From positions 8,662,121 to 8,694,120 of the forward strand of contig NZ_CP192077.1 in assembly GCF_050942325.1 (NCBI RefSeq): 32,000 nucleotides of DNA, given 5' to 3'. Made by a program: the position numbers and the translations under genes. Positions within the stretch are counted from its first letter, which is position 1, and every line of letters starts with the position of its first letter. Below, one piece after another: positions 1-8,363 of this stretch. The DNA comes from Spirillospora sp. CA-142024 (GTDB lineage Bacteria > Actinomycetota > Actinomycetes > Streptosporangiales > Streptosporangiaceae). The notes under the pieces are model-generated. The model made no database searches, was not told the origin of the DNA, and saw only the letters and a program-made list of their open reading frames with translations.

Positions 1-146
1 CGGCGATGGGCGGGCTGCTGTCGATGCTCGCCTACGCACTGTTGGACGACGACCCGGAGTCAGGTCGCTCCGACGACGAGGTGATCGACACCCTCACCCG
101 GCTCCTGCTGCACGGCCTCGCGGGTCCGGGCTCCGCACCGGCATGA
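1..146 (+). CDS. 3' end of a CDS that begins upstream of the window (product not assignable; a TetR-like C-terminus is only a guess)
   Basis: Frame 3 is open from the window edge to TGA at 144-146 (AMGGLLSMLAYALLDDDPESGRSDDEVIDTLTRLLLHGLAGPGSAPA*). Third codon positions are GC-rich. It is absent from the ORF track because it has no start codon in the window. Confidence 0.35.
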   Translation, partial: AMGGLLSMLAYALLDDDPESGRSDDEVIDTLTRLLLHGLAGPGSAPA

Positions 147-346
147 CCGCAAGACGGCACGGCGTCGAGCAGGGAGTGTCCCTGCCTTGACGCACCGGCC
201 GGGATCGACGCGCACCACAACGCGCAGGTCGGGTGGCGGCGGTCGCCGCCAGGCCGCCAGGCACTGGTGGAATCAGCGCAGTATGTAATACCTGCCCGGC
301 TTTTGACCAAGAAGGGGAAACACCGGCGAGCAGGAGGTGGAGAGCA

Positions 347-946
347 TTGTCGGATGCCCCCTCACAAGGTCCCTCACAAGACGGGGATCTCCGGCGGGTC
401 ATGCGGGACCCGGCGGCCTTCGAGGACTTCTACCGGAAACACGCGGCGACGGTCAGCCGGTTCGTGGCACGGCGGATGAGCGATCCGCACACCGTGGACG
501 ACCTGACCACCGACGTGTTCCTCGCCGCCATCGACGGCGCCGGGAGCTACCGGCCCGAGCGAGGCAGCCAGGTGGCCTGGCTGTTCGGGATAGCCCGCAA
601 CGTGGTGGCGGCCGAGCAGCGCAGAGCGGCCCGGGAGGCGCACAAGAGCGGCCGCGCGGCGGGCCGCCGCGACCTGGACGCCGACGACATCGCCCGTCTG
701 GAAGAACGCATCGACGCCGAGCGGGACGCCCGACACGTGCAATCGGCCATCGCCGCTCTGCCCGCGAAGCTGCGGGCGGTCGCCGAACTGGTGGACGTCG
801 ACGGGCTCCCGGTCGTCGAGGCCGCGGCCGCGCTTCGCATCCGCCTCGGCACCGCACGGGTCCGGCTGCATCGTGCCCACCGCCTGTTAAGAGACGCGCC
901 TGAAACCCGTACCGAAGCCGTCACCAGCACGGGAGGAACGCCCTGA
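347..946 (+). CDS. ECF-type RNA polymerase sigma-70 family factor
   Basis: Sigma region 2-like segment FEDFYRKHAATVSRFVARRMSDPHTVDDLTTDVFLAA...WLFGIARNVVA. Region 4 HTH-like segment LPAKLRAVAELVDVDGLPVVEAAAALRIRLGTARVRLHRAHRLL. The tracked ORF opens at 233, but AGGAGG at 333-338 precedes an in-frame TTG at 347; ATG at 401 is an alternative start. Confidence 0.8.
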   Translation: MSDAPSQGPSQDGDLRRVMRDPAAFEDFYRKHAATVSRFVARRMSDPHTVDDLTTDVFLAAIDGAGSYRPERGSQVAWLFGIARNVVAAEQRRAAREAHKSGRAAGRRDLDADDIARLEERIDAERDARHVQSAIAALPAKLRAVAELVDVDGLPVVEAAAALRIRLGTARVRLHRAHRLLRDAPETRTEAVTSTGGTP

Positions 947-1515
947 TGACCAGCACCGAACCCTTGGCCGGCTTCGAGGAGCGGCGCCTCGCCGAGCTCA
1001 AGGAGCACATCGCCGCCCGCGCCGGAGCCAAGCGGGCCCACCGGGCCTGGACGCCGCGTCGCCGTCTCGCTATGGCCGCCGCCGCGACCGCGGGCGCCTG
1101 CGCCGCAACGGTGGTGATCTTCCAGGGCGGCGCCGAGCCCGCCTACGCCGTCGACAAGGACTCCCGAGGGGTCGTTTCCATCAGCGTCTCCGACTTCCGC
1201 GACGCCCCCGCCGTGAGCAAGCGGCTGCGCGAACTCGGTGTGCCGGCCATCGTCGACTACGTCCCTTTCAACACGGAGTGCAAAGATCCCCGCGGCGCTT
1301 ATGTCGACGACGTCCCGGAGGGTCTTTACACCTATCTCCCCAAGGAGGGCCCTGGCTGGCGGATGCGCATCGACACCCGCCTGTTCAAACCCGGCCAGAC
1401 CTTCGTCTGGACCATGACGGTACTCCCCGATGGAGGCAATGCCACCCAGACCCTTCTCATGCAAGGCCCCGTGGCCCCCTGCGTCCTCATCCCGAGCCCA
1501 TGGCCGACCTGGTGA
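946..1515 (+). CDS. Single-pass membrane protein co-transcribed with the ECF sigma factor (candidate anti-sigma factor)
   Basis: Its ATG overlaps the sigma gene stop (TGATG at 944-948). One hydrophobic segment, RRLAMAAAATAGACAATVVIF, follows a short charged N-terminus. The position is typical for anti-sigma partners; no diagnostic motif was recognised. Confidence 0.5.
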   Translation: MTSTEPLAGFEERRLAELKEHIAARAGAKRAHRAWTPRRRLAMAAAATAGACAATVVIFQGGAEPAYAVDKDSRGVVSISVSDFRDAPAVSKRLRELGVPAIVDYVPFNTECKDPRGAYVDDVPEGLYTYLPKEGPGWRMRIDTRLFKPGQTFVWTMTVLPDGGNATQTLLMQGPVAPCVLIPSPWPTW

Positions 1516-1587
1516 CGAGTCAGGCGGGCTCGTAGGGCGGCAGGACGTTGCCGAACCTGCGGCTCTCCGTGGGCCGCAGGTTGATTA

Positions 1588-1836
1588 TCAGGCCGGGCCA
1601 TCGTCAGCGCTGGGACCGTAGTGGGCGTCGTGTTGTTGGCGGGGGGAGCAGACTGAGGCGGAGGGGCAGGAGCAGCGGCGGGAGCCCACCTTCACCGTCA
1701 CCCTGTCGGCGGGGACGTTGTAGCCGATCACCTGCCCGTCCCCTTCCGGCGTACTGACCCGCGACCCCAACCGCGGCGCCTTCTCCTTGAACTCCATGTA
1801 GAGCGGGTGCTCGTTGTACCTCTGAAGTGCATACTG
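1588..1836 (-). pseudogene. Truncated, diverged duplicate of the 3' end of the PSP1-domain gene (att-associated remnant)
   Basis: The translation ALQRYNEHPLYMEFKEKAPRLGSRVSTPEGDGQVIGYNVPADRVTVKVGSRRCSCPSASVCSPRQQHDAHYGPSADDGPA* aligns with the C-terminus of the intact gene at 21838-22680 (CCLKYEHPLYVKAHDSMPKLGSRVDTPNGPGQVVGRNVPADKVTVRLNSGGRCSCPSASVCSPRQQHEATYNRASDETAT*). There is no N-terminal 200 aa. Confidence 0.8.
1628..1679. repeat. Left copy of the 52-bp direct repeat (candidate attL core)
   Basis: tcgtgttgttggcggggggagcagactgaggcGgaggggcaggagcagcggc at 1628-1679 matches 21878-21929 except at one base (1660 g vs 21910 t). Confidence 0.75.
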
Positions 1837-3479
1837 AATCTATGGCTTCGGAGGCGGACATGGCCAAGTCCCGCTGGTGGATCGCGCCGGACCTTGCGGA
1901 GGCGCTTGAACGCGGCGAGACCTTCGCAGACTGGCTTGCAGGACGCATCCCAGTGGCATCGTACGCACGCATCTCAGCGGACATCACGCGCGACGAGCAC
2001 GGGGTAGAGGACCAGCACGCATCGAACGGACGTCACGCAGGCAACCTCGGACTCGCGATCGTCAAGTACTACGAGGACAACGACAAGACGGCAGCCAAGG
2101 ACGAGGTGATCCGGGACGCCTTCGATCTCCTCGTCAAGGAGATCAACCGCCGCCGGACGAGCGAAGGCTTCCGCGTCCTCGGCGTCCTGTGCACCGAACG
2201 GGAACGGCTCTACCGCCGTCCGGGCGACTACGAGCGGATCATCAACGCCCTGACGGTCGACGATGACGGCCTCCTCGTCGAAGACGGGAAGCACTTCGAC
2301 CTCTACGGGGACGGCGCAGAGATGATCGGCCTCGTCGGCGTCGCCCAGTCCATGAAAGAGATCCGCAAGATTCGCCAGCGGACGAAGCGCTCTCATGTCT
2401 CCCGCGCCCAACGCGGCAAGTTCACGGGTGGCCCGCGTAGGTTCGGCTGGCTGGGCGCAGACAAGAAGACCGAGCGTCCCGCGAACATGGAGAAGAACCC
2501 CGAAGAGTGGCCGATCCTGAAGCAGATGATCCGGGACGGGGTAGCCGGCAAGTCCTGGATGACCATTGCCAACGGCCTCAACAAGCGCGGCATCCTCACC
2601 TCGAAGGGCGGGAAGTGGAGTCAAACAAGCGTCCGCGCTCTGCTCACGAATCCGTTCATCTGCGGCTACCGCAAACTGAACGGTGACCTCGTTCGCGACG
2701 ACGAGGGCAACATCAAGGTGGGAGAGTGGGACGCCCCAGCCACCCCAGCACAGTGGCGCGCCATGTGCGAACGCTCTCGCCAGTCGGGAGCCCAGAAAGG
2801 TCTAGCTGTGGATAGCCTGGACCACTCCCCCGGTGGGCCTTCGGACCGCAGCCGTGTTTACCTCTTCTCGGGCTTCCTTCGCTGCGGCAACACTCTCGAA
2901 GACGGCACCATGTGCAACGGGCGCATGGGCGGCACCCGCCGCAAGAACCGCGATGGAACCTACGGCTACCACTATCGCTGTGTCGCCGACGGCAAGGGCG
3001 CATGCGGCCGAATCTCCCGCAACGGCGCAGAGGTCGATCGCTACCTCAAAGAACTGGTTCTTCAGAAGCTTGAGAAGGAACTCAAGAACCGCACCCGACG
3101 GCAGTCGAGGCCATGGGACGGGGAAGCCGAACTAGAACGACTGGAGAAGAAAGTAGCCAACCTACGTCAGCAGTGGCGAGACGACGTCGTGACAGACGAT
3201 TTCTTCTACGCCGAACTACCTCCGCTCGAAGGAAAGCTTCGAAAGTTGCGGACAGAACAGGAACGCCACACCCTCGCTGAGCAACAGAGCCAGTCGCTAA
3301 CCGCGGACATCCGCGAGGAGTGGGAAGGCATGGACCTAGCACAGAAGCGCGCAGCCATCGGCCGCGTACTCCGAGCGGTCATCGTCTCCCCGCTAGAAGA
3401 GGGCGCATGGCGACGAGGCCCCTTCGACCCCACCAAACTCCGCCCCATCTGGCGCGAAAGAAGCGGCAATGTTCCGTAG
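1827..3479 (+). CDS. Large serine recombinase (integrase of the element)
   Basis: Resolvase-type N-terminal domain with a catalytic-Ser context (VASYARISAD...GVEDQ). A recombinase domain is followed by a Cys-rich zinc ribbon (FLRCGN...CNGRMGG...YHYRCVADGKGACGRISRNG) and a long coiled-coil tail (LERLEKKVANLRQQW...). The start may be a downstream Met at 1842 or 1860, because 1827-1836 overlaps the gene remnant. Confidence 0.9.
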   Translation: MHTESMASEADMAKSRWWIAPDLAEALERGETFADWLAGRIPVASYARISADITRDEHGVEDQHASNGRHAGNLGLAIVKYYEDNDKTAAKDEVIRDAFDLLVKEINRRRTSEGFRVLGVLCTERERLYRRPGDYERIINALTVDDDGLLVEDGKHFDLYGDGAEMIGLVGVAQSMKEIRKIRQRTKRSHVSRAQRGKFTGGPRRFGWLGADKKTERPANMEKNPEEWPILKQMIRDGVAGKSWMTIANGLNKRGILTSKGGKWSQTSVRALLTNPFICGYRKLNGDLVRDDEGNIKVGEWDAPATPAQWRAMCERSRQSGAQKGLAVDSLDHSPGGPSDRSRVYLFSGFLRCGNTLEDGTMCNGRMGGTRRKNRDGTYGYHYRCVADGKGACGRISRNGAEVDRYLKELVLQKLEKELKNRTRRQSRPWDGEAELERLEKKVANLRQQWRDDVVTDDFFYAELPPLEGKLRKLRTEQERHTLAEQQSQSLTADIREEWEGMDLAQKRAAIGRVLRAVIVSPLEEGAWRRGPFDPTKLRPIWRERSGNVP

Positions 3480-3567
3480 CGGTTCACTCCATGTTAGTAG
3501 CGGAAGGACCGGAAGATTGTGACGACGAGCTTACGAACATCGAGATCCATCGCTACGTTAGGGCTTC

Positions 3568-3597
3568 CCTTCTCGTTCTGCTGAGCGGACGAGAAGG
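3568..3597. terminator. Hairpin between convergent genes (candidate bidirectional terminator)
   Basis: A 9-bp perfect stem, ccttctcgt (3568-3576) / acgagaagg (3589-3597), with a 12-nt loop. It lies between the recombinase stop (3479) and the stop of the minus-strand ORF at 3608. Confidence 0.35.
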
Positions 3598-3607
3598 CCA
3601 AACTTCG

Positions 3608-3931
3608 TTAGGTAATGCGCTGTACGATACCTTCAGCAGATTTCTTTATCTTCGCGTACTCTTCTGATTTTGATTCATAATCGAGTTGTTGAGTAATCGA
3701 TGAGAGCATTCCTTTTAGCAAGACCTCGATCGTCGCATGCTCCATCTCGTCGACGGTAAATGCGATTGTGTCTTGCTCGTGAATAATGCGTTGTATATTT
3801 GCCGCCTGAATTCTGGCCAGCAACGTTTTTATGACTTCCCCCCCGACGGGTAGCGCGGCTGAATGTGCCATGTTTAGAGCCGTTTCCATTACTAAGATTT
3901 CGTATTCATCTAGCGTGATTGCTTCAGTCAT
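3608..3931 (-). CDS. Hypothetical protein in AT-rich cargo (107 aa)
   Basis: The ORF is open to 3967, but GGGGGATAGG immediately precedes the ATG at 3931 (MTEAITLDEYEILVMETALNMAH...). The protein is acidic and predicted helical, with no recognisable motif. Composition is clearly AT-richer than the flanks. Confidence 0.5.
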   Translation of the reverse strand: MTEAITLDEYEILVMETALNMAHSAALPVGGEVIKTLLARIQAANIQRIIHEQDTIAFTVDEMEHATIEVLLKGMLSSITQQLDYESKSEEYAKIKKSAEGIVQRIT

Positions 3932-4302
3932 CCTATCCCCCACGGGAGATCTATCGACACCAGCCAACCCATAAAGCCTTTTCCTGAGATAGCATCGCAG
4001 GCGTCAGATTAATCTAAAAGATTGCACGCCACCGCGCTCGCCTACCAGCAGCGATCTCGCAGAGTCGATCACGGGAAAGATTCCTCGGCGCGCAAATAGT
4101 GGCCATTTTTGAGTTAAACTTCCATGGCTTCCCCGTCTTGCCATAGTTGTTTATGCTGGTGAAATTCAGTATACGCCACCCGCATGTCTCGTCAAGCGAC
4201 GCTTGTCGACCTTCCTCGGGGTGGTGGGCGTTTCACGGCCGCCCTTTTTTCAACGATCTAATGTACCGTCAAAACTTGGTTATTATTCGGTACGCTGATG
4301 GG

Positions 4303-4521
4303 ATGCCGAACCCCCCTCTTTTGATCCGGTGGTGTTGTCCCGTGAGGAAATGCCGGTTCTGATCGGGCGGGCACACCGGCCGGAGGGCCCCTCGCGGACG
4401 TTGGCCTTCGGCCTTCAGCCGCACACCGTGCAGACCTCGAAGCTGTCCGCTGACCCGTACTTCGCCTTCAAGGTCCGTGACGTGGTCGGCCTGTACCTGA
4501 GCCCGCCCGAGAACGCCCCTA
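4303..4521 (+). pseudogene. Degraded N-terminal remnant of an IS630-family transposase
   Basis: MPNPPLL, then a frameshift, then [18 protein letters not shown]...[36 protein letters not shown] followed by a stop. This resembles the conserved IS630 N-terminal region (..KLS.DP.F..KVRDIVGLYL.PPE.A). The DDE catalytic part is absent. Confidence 0.55.
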
Positions 4522-4523
4522 GG

Positions 4524-4712
4524 TCAAGTGATCGCGTCGTCGAATCCGAGGATGCGGAGGATGTCTCGTGTCTGGCGTTCGCTGAGTTCCGGAGACTTGG
4601 CTACCTCGGCGGCGGCCCACTCCTCTGGGGTGGGTGGCGGACTACGCCTCTTCCCACAGCTTCGAGGTCGCCCACGGCCTGACGCCTTCTTGGAGATGCG
4701 CATCACCCCCAT
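4524..4712 (-). CDS. Small basic hypothetical protein downstream of the FtsK-like gene (very uncertain)
   Basis: 62-aa ORF on the same strand as the transfer operon. Basic N-terminus [11 protein letters not shown], then [29 protein letters not shown]. No clear RBS was seen. Confidence 0.25.
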   Translation of the reverse strand: MGVMRISKKASGRGRPRSCGKRRSPPPTPEEWAAAEVAKSPELSERQTRDILRILGFDDAIT

Positions 4713-4820
4713 CCATCACGTTGGGTAATCGTCTACGTCCGCGTCCATGGATGTCCATGCGCCCTTACGTGCAGACGCGCACGTGTGGACGTGGACGATT
4801 ACGGCTTGTTACGGAAGGGG

Positions 4821-6638
4821 CTACGAGGTGGCGCGCCAGCGGCCACGGGTGGTCTGGGTGGCGCGGCCAGTCTTCGAGAGATCTTGAAGGCGGTAGTAGA
4901 TCCATGAGCGGCCCATGCCAGTCCCGTTCATGAGGTGGACGATGGGTGTTCCCTCGTCGGGCGCTTGGCTCAGCATCTGCCAAAGGACGACCTCAGGGCC
5001 GTCCTGAGGCCCTGTTGCGTCGGCTCTCGGAGTCGTTGCGGTCCCCTTCCCCTGCGGGGGCGCGTCGCGTGGCTCTGGGTCGCTCAGAATGGTCGCCTCG
5101 TCGATTGCTCGTCGGGAGACCTCGTCGAGGGGCGGACGGGAGCCGGTGTGCTTTTCGGCGGTCGCCCTCACAGTCTCGTCCGTCAGCAGGTACGCGCGAG
5201 CGCGACGAGGCGTGTCATGCTCGGGTGCCGAGACAAGAAACTTGCCGGGTGCGTTGAGGGTCTGGGCGTGCCAGCCGGCGTTGAGCATTCCCTGCCCAAG
5301 GATGAGATCCACGTCCTTACGCTCGCGGACGCGGAAACCTAGGCGGACGTCCATTTGCGATCGGACGGCGCCCTTTCCCATTGCTTTCTGAGTTGGGCGC
5401 TGAGTGGCCGCGATGAGTTGCACCGCGACGGCACGTCCGCGACGAGCGATGGAATCGCTGTACGACGTCGCGTCTGCGGCTTCCTCTGCCAGTTCGGCGT
5501 ACTCGTCGATGATGATCACGAGTGCAGGGTTGTCGCGTGTCGGCTCCCATACTCGTTTCCCAGTCTCGGCGAGAGTGGCGGCACGCGCCTCCAGGACGAC
5601 CACAGCGTCACGGAGAAGGCGGCGTGCTTCTTCCGGAGTAGTCGCGAGTCGATCGATGCACTCTGCCCACGGCTGGAGTTCCATGCCGCGCTTGAGGTCG
5701 ATGGCCCAGATGACTACGTCTCCGCAGGCGGACAGGTTGCCCATGAGGACGTTGATGCCGCCGCTCTTGCCCGATCCCGCGATGCCTCCGATGAGGGCAT
5801 GCCGACGCAGGAGGAGGACACGTGCGGGTGCGGCATCCTCGAATGGGCCGAGGTCGATCGGTTCCGTGATTGTCGTGACGGATGGTCCAGGCCACGCAAT
5901 GGCGTTGGCGTGCGGGTCGATGTTGAGTACCCGCAACTCGAAGCGGTTCGCCCTGTCGTCACGGGTCGGGTAGACGCGGACGGCACCTCTGAACGTCCCG
6001 AGTGCGGATTCGAGCGCCGGAATCTTGCCGATCGCGTCTTGGATCGTCTGGCCGCGTGCCAGGCCGAAGCGGGCGCGCCATCCCCATACGTCCACCACGG
6101 CGGACATGACGCGGGAGCCTGCCAGCCCGACCGATTGGGAGATCTCGGGCCACGCGGCAAGCGTGCGCTCGACGCGGACTCGGGCGCGCCGGCGTCGGTG
6201 TACCCACCAGGGCACGGACAGGATGGGCGTACCGACGAGGATGATTTGCGGTAGCGGCCGGTAGGCCACGCCGAGTGCTGTTGCTGCGGCAAGCCATCCT
6301 CCGGCGCTCAGCGCGACGGTTGCCGCGTACAGACGCTCGATCCGGAGTGACAGGCCGATGCGGTCACCGACGAGGCCCAGAGCCGACGCGGACACGATGG
6401 CCGTGCCGAGGATGCCGATCCACCATCCGGGATGCGACAGGTGGAGGGTCAGCGATGCGGCGACGAGGACGAGGGCCAGTGCGATCGGCCCGATTTCGGA
6501 GCGGTAGCGCCAGAGTCCTCGGGCGATGATGACGGCTGCGAGATCGGGAACCGGTCCGTTGGAGTCGATGACGACCATGGGCTGTAGCCCGTTGCGGCGC
6601 ATGCGGCGGGCGTGGCGCTTCATCTGCTGGTTCTTCAT
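4821..6638 (-). CDS. FtsK/SpoIIIE-family DNA translocase (TraB/TraSA-like conjugative transfer protein)
   Basis: N-terminal hydrophobic helices. Walker A GGIAGSGKSGGINVLMGNL, Walker B ALVIIIDEYAEL, then ATQRPTQKAMG...RSQMDVRLGFRV. A C-terminal winged-helix-like tail is present. The start overlaps the upstream stop as ATGA. Confidence 0.9.
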   Translation of the reverse strand: MKNQQMKRHARRMRRNGLQPMVVIDSNGPVPDLAAVIIARGLWRYRSEIGPIALALVLVAASLTLHLSHPGWWIGILGTAIVSASALGLVGDRIGLSLRIERLYAATVALSAGGWLAAATALGVAYRPLPQIILVGTPILSVPWWVHRRRRARVRVERTLAAWPEISQSVGLAGSRVMSAVVDVWGWRARFGLARGQTIQDAIGKIPALESALGTFRGAVRVYPTRDDRANRFELRVLNIDPHANAIAWPGPSVTTITEPIDLGPFEDAAPARVLLLRRHALIGGIAGSGKSGGINVLMGNLSACGDVVIWAIDLKRGMELQPWAECIDRLATTPEEARRLLRDAVVVLEARAATLAETGKRVWEPTRDNPALVIIIDEYAELAEEAADATSYSDSIARRGRAVAVQLIAATQRPTQKAMGKGAVRSQMDVRLGFRVRERKDVDLILGQGMLNAGWHAQTLNAPGKFLVSAPEHDTPRRARAYLLTDETVRATAEKHTGSRPPLDEVSRRAIDEATILSDPEPRDAPPQGKGTATTPRADATGPQDGPEVVLWQMLSQAPDEGTPIVHLMNGTGMGRSWIYYRLQDLSKTGRATQTTRGRWRATS

Positions 6639-6970
6639 GCGCGCCCCTCAGTGTCGTATCCCTGGGCGTGTAGCTCGTCGCGCAGGTACCAGTGGGGGTC
6701 GCGTTCCCCGTCGCTGTGCGCGTTGAGGGTGGCGCGTGCGGCGGCTGCGAGGTTGGCGCGGTGTATGCGGTTGTCGCGCAATTCGGTGCTGAGACGCGCG
6801 ATCTCTGCGGCCAGTGCGGGGATGGTGTCGAGGGCGTTGTCGAGGTTCCTGCGGAGGATGGTGGGGAGCGATGCGTCGGGCCATGTGTTGGCGATGATGC
6901 GGCGTGCTGTGCGGCTGCGGTTGATGGCCTCCTGAAGGTCAATCCTCGGGTGGTACGGGGAGTTGGTCAC
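6635..6970 (-). CDS. Hypothetical transfer-operon protein (111 aa)
   Basis: The tracked ORF runs to 7099, but GAAGGAGGGG precedes an in-frame GTG at 6970 (VTNSPYHPRIDLQEAINR...). The stop overlaps the FtsK-like start (ATGA). Confidence 0.55.
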   Translation of the reverse strand: MTNSPYHPRIDLQEAINRSRTARRIIANTWPDASLPTILRRNLDNALDTIPALAAEIARLSTELRDNRIHRANLAAAARATLNAHSDGERDPHWYLRDELHAQGYDTEGRA

Positions 6971-7019
6971 TAGGCATCCCCTCCTTCGGTTGGGGGCGTT
7001 GAGACGTTTGGGAGGGTCG

Positions 7020-7214
7020 TCAGTGCTGGTCGGTGCTGAGCCACTCGACGATCGCGGCCACCAGGTGGCGGATTTCCGGCGCGGCGCTGGTGGCGGCAAG
7101 GAAGAACCCGAACAACAGGCAGATGACCGCGTGCCAGACGCGCAAGCCCATGTAGCGCCACGCGACGTACGCGACCGCGCCGAGGATGGCGACGAGCGGG
7201 ATCGAAACGTTCAT
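7020..7214 (-). CDS. Small 2-TM membrane protein (Spd-like spread protein candidate)
   Basis: 64 aa with two hydrophobic helices (IPLVAILGAVAYVAW, HAVICLLFGFFLAATSAA). GGGAGGTG lies upstream of the ATG. Confidence 0.6.
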   Translation of the reverse strand: MNVSIPLVAILGAVAYVAWRYMGLRVWHAVICLLFGFFLAATSAAPEIRHLVAAIVEWLSTDQH

Positions 7215-7266
7215 ACGTGCATCACCTCCCTTCCTTGCTCGCGAGCGGGGATCTCAGGTCACGCCG

Positions 7267-7989
7267 TTACGAGGGGTCGGTGTCTTCGGACTCGTCCGGG
7301 TCGTTGAGTTGCCGGCGTAGTTCGGTCGCCTTGGGGGTGCTGATCCTCAGCGACGTCCGGAGCGCGTCACGGGTGATGGGACGACCGTGCATCTGTCGGT
7401 ACTGGGCATCGGCGAACCGGGCCGCATCCATCAGTTCCTCGTCGGTACGGCGAGGCGGACGCCGTACCCGTCGCTTCGGATGAGGGGAGGAGGCGTCGTC
7501 CCTGCCGCTCTTCGGTTCGTCCTCAGCAAGCGGCGGCGCGTCGATCCGGCTGCGGAGGGCGTGAAGGTGTGCGGTGAGTCCGAGGACGGCAGCGGGTACG
7601 GCACCGACGAGGACGACGATCGGCCATGAGAGGTCGAGCAGTCCGGCCCCTATCGCGTGGTACGCGGCGTTGCCGGTGATGCTCATCGCGATCGCGCCGA
7701 GAGCGTTCGTCCGGGCGAATCGGCGCGCGGCGGCCGAACGGGTTGTGCTGGCCAGCCACACGCGCGCCGAGGTCATGGCGTGCGCGTCGATGGTGATCGG
7801 CAAGAGCCACGCCAGCCGTACGGGCCAGCCGGCAACGGTGGCCAGCCCGTACAGACCGGTGAAGCTGGCGACCGCAGCCGAGACGGCCGCGATCGTCATA
7901 CCGATCATCACCCACCAGTCCCGTACCGGATCGTCCTCGTCGGGGACGGATTCCGGTACGAGGGTCGGGTGCGCATCGGTCGCGGACAT
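7267..7989 (-). CDS. DUF2637-like integral membrane protein with a C-terminal HTH-like tail (AICE spread/transfer protein)
   Basis: Helices with WWVMIGMTIAAVSAAVASFTGLYGLA...LAWLLPITIDAHAMTSARVWL resemble DUF2637 proteins of actinomycete conjugative elements. The C-terminus reads RPITRDALRTSLRISTPKATELRRQL. Confidence 0.7.
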   Translation of the reverse strand: MSATDAHPTLVPESVPDEDDPVRDWWVMIGMTIAAVSAAVASFTGLYGLATVAGWPVRLAWLLPITIDAHAMTSARVWLASTTRSAAARRFARTNALGAIAMSITGNAAYHAIGAGLLDLSWPIVVLVGAVPAAVLGLTAHLHALRSRIDAPPLAEDEPKSGRDDASSPHPKRRVRRPPRRTDEELMDAARFADAQYRQMHGRPITRDALRTSLRISTPKATELRRQLNDPDESEDTDPS

Positions 7990-8001
7990 GGGACCGTCCT
8001 T

Positions 8002-8139
8002 TCAGATTCCGTCGTGGCGGGACTTGCGGCGACGCCAGCGGGAGCGGGACCGGCACTTGAGGCACCGCCGGTTGCCGATCTCGGTACGGGCACCGCAGGG
8101 GCAGGAACGTCCGGGGACGTTGGGGGTTCGCACATTCAC
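8002..8139 (-). CDS. Tiny Cys4 zinc-ribbon, Arg-rich protein
   Basis: Sequence: (V)NVRTPNVPGRSCPCGARTEIGNRRCLKCRSRSRWRRRKSRHDGI. The GTG start overlaps the upstream stop (GTGA). It is the only sensible part of the otherwise Arg/Pro-rich 252-aa tracked ORF 8002-8760. Confidence 0.4.
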   Translation of the reverse strand: MNVRTPNVPGRSCPCGARTEIGNRRCLKCRSRSRWRRRKSRHDGI

Positions 8140-8360
8140 CTCTTGAGGCCGGTGGTCTGACGGGTCGTCTGGGAGGTCTGGCATCGGACCGTGACGCCGA
8201 GGAACCGGCGCGTTGAGGCCGTCGTCCGGGAGTTGGCCGTGCCGGTGAGGCTCATGTGGCGCTCTTCGGTGTGGATGCCGACGAGCAGGAACAGGAAGAC
8301 GCCGAGAGCACCACCGGTCAGGAACACGGCGAGCAGAAGCATGAAGATCGCGGAGGTCAT
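8136..8360 (-). CDS. Small membrane protein (74 aa, one N-terminal TM helix)
   Basis: MTSAIFMLLLAVFLTGGALGVFLFLLVGI. GAGGAG lies 9 nt upstream of the ATG, directly after the stop of the 8364-8711 gene. Confidence 0.5.
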   Translation of the reverse strand: MTSAIFMLLLAVFLTGGALGVFLFLLVGIHTEERHMSLTGTANSRTTASTRRFLGVTVRCQTSQTTRQTTGLKR

Positions 8361-8363
8361 CGG

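Noticed and set aside
4147-4362. 71-aa ORF in the AT-rich spacer
   Set aside because: Its 3' part is simply another frame of the IS630 remnant. The rest is AT-rich sequence without an RBS or codon bias.
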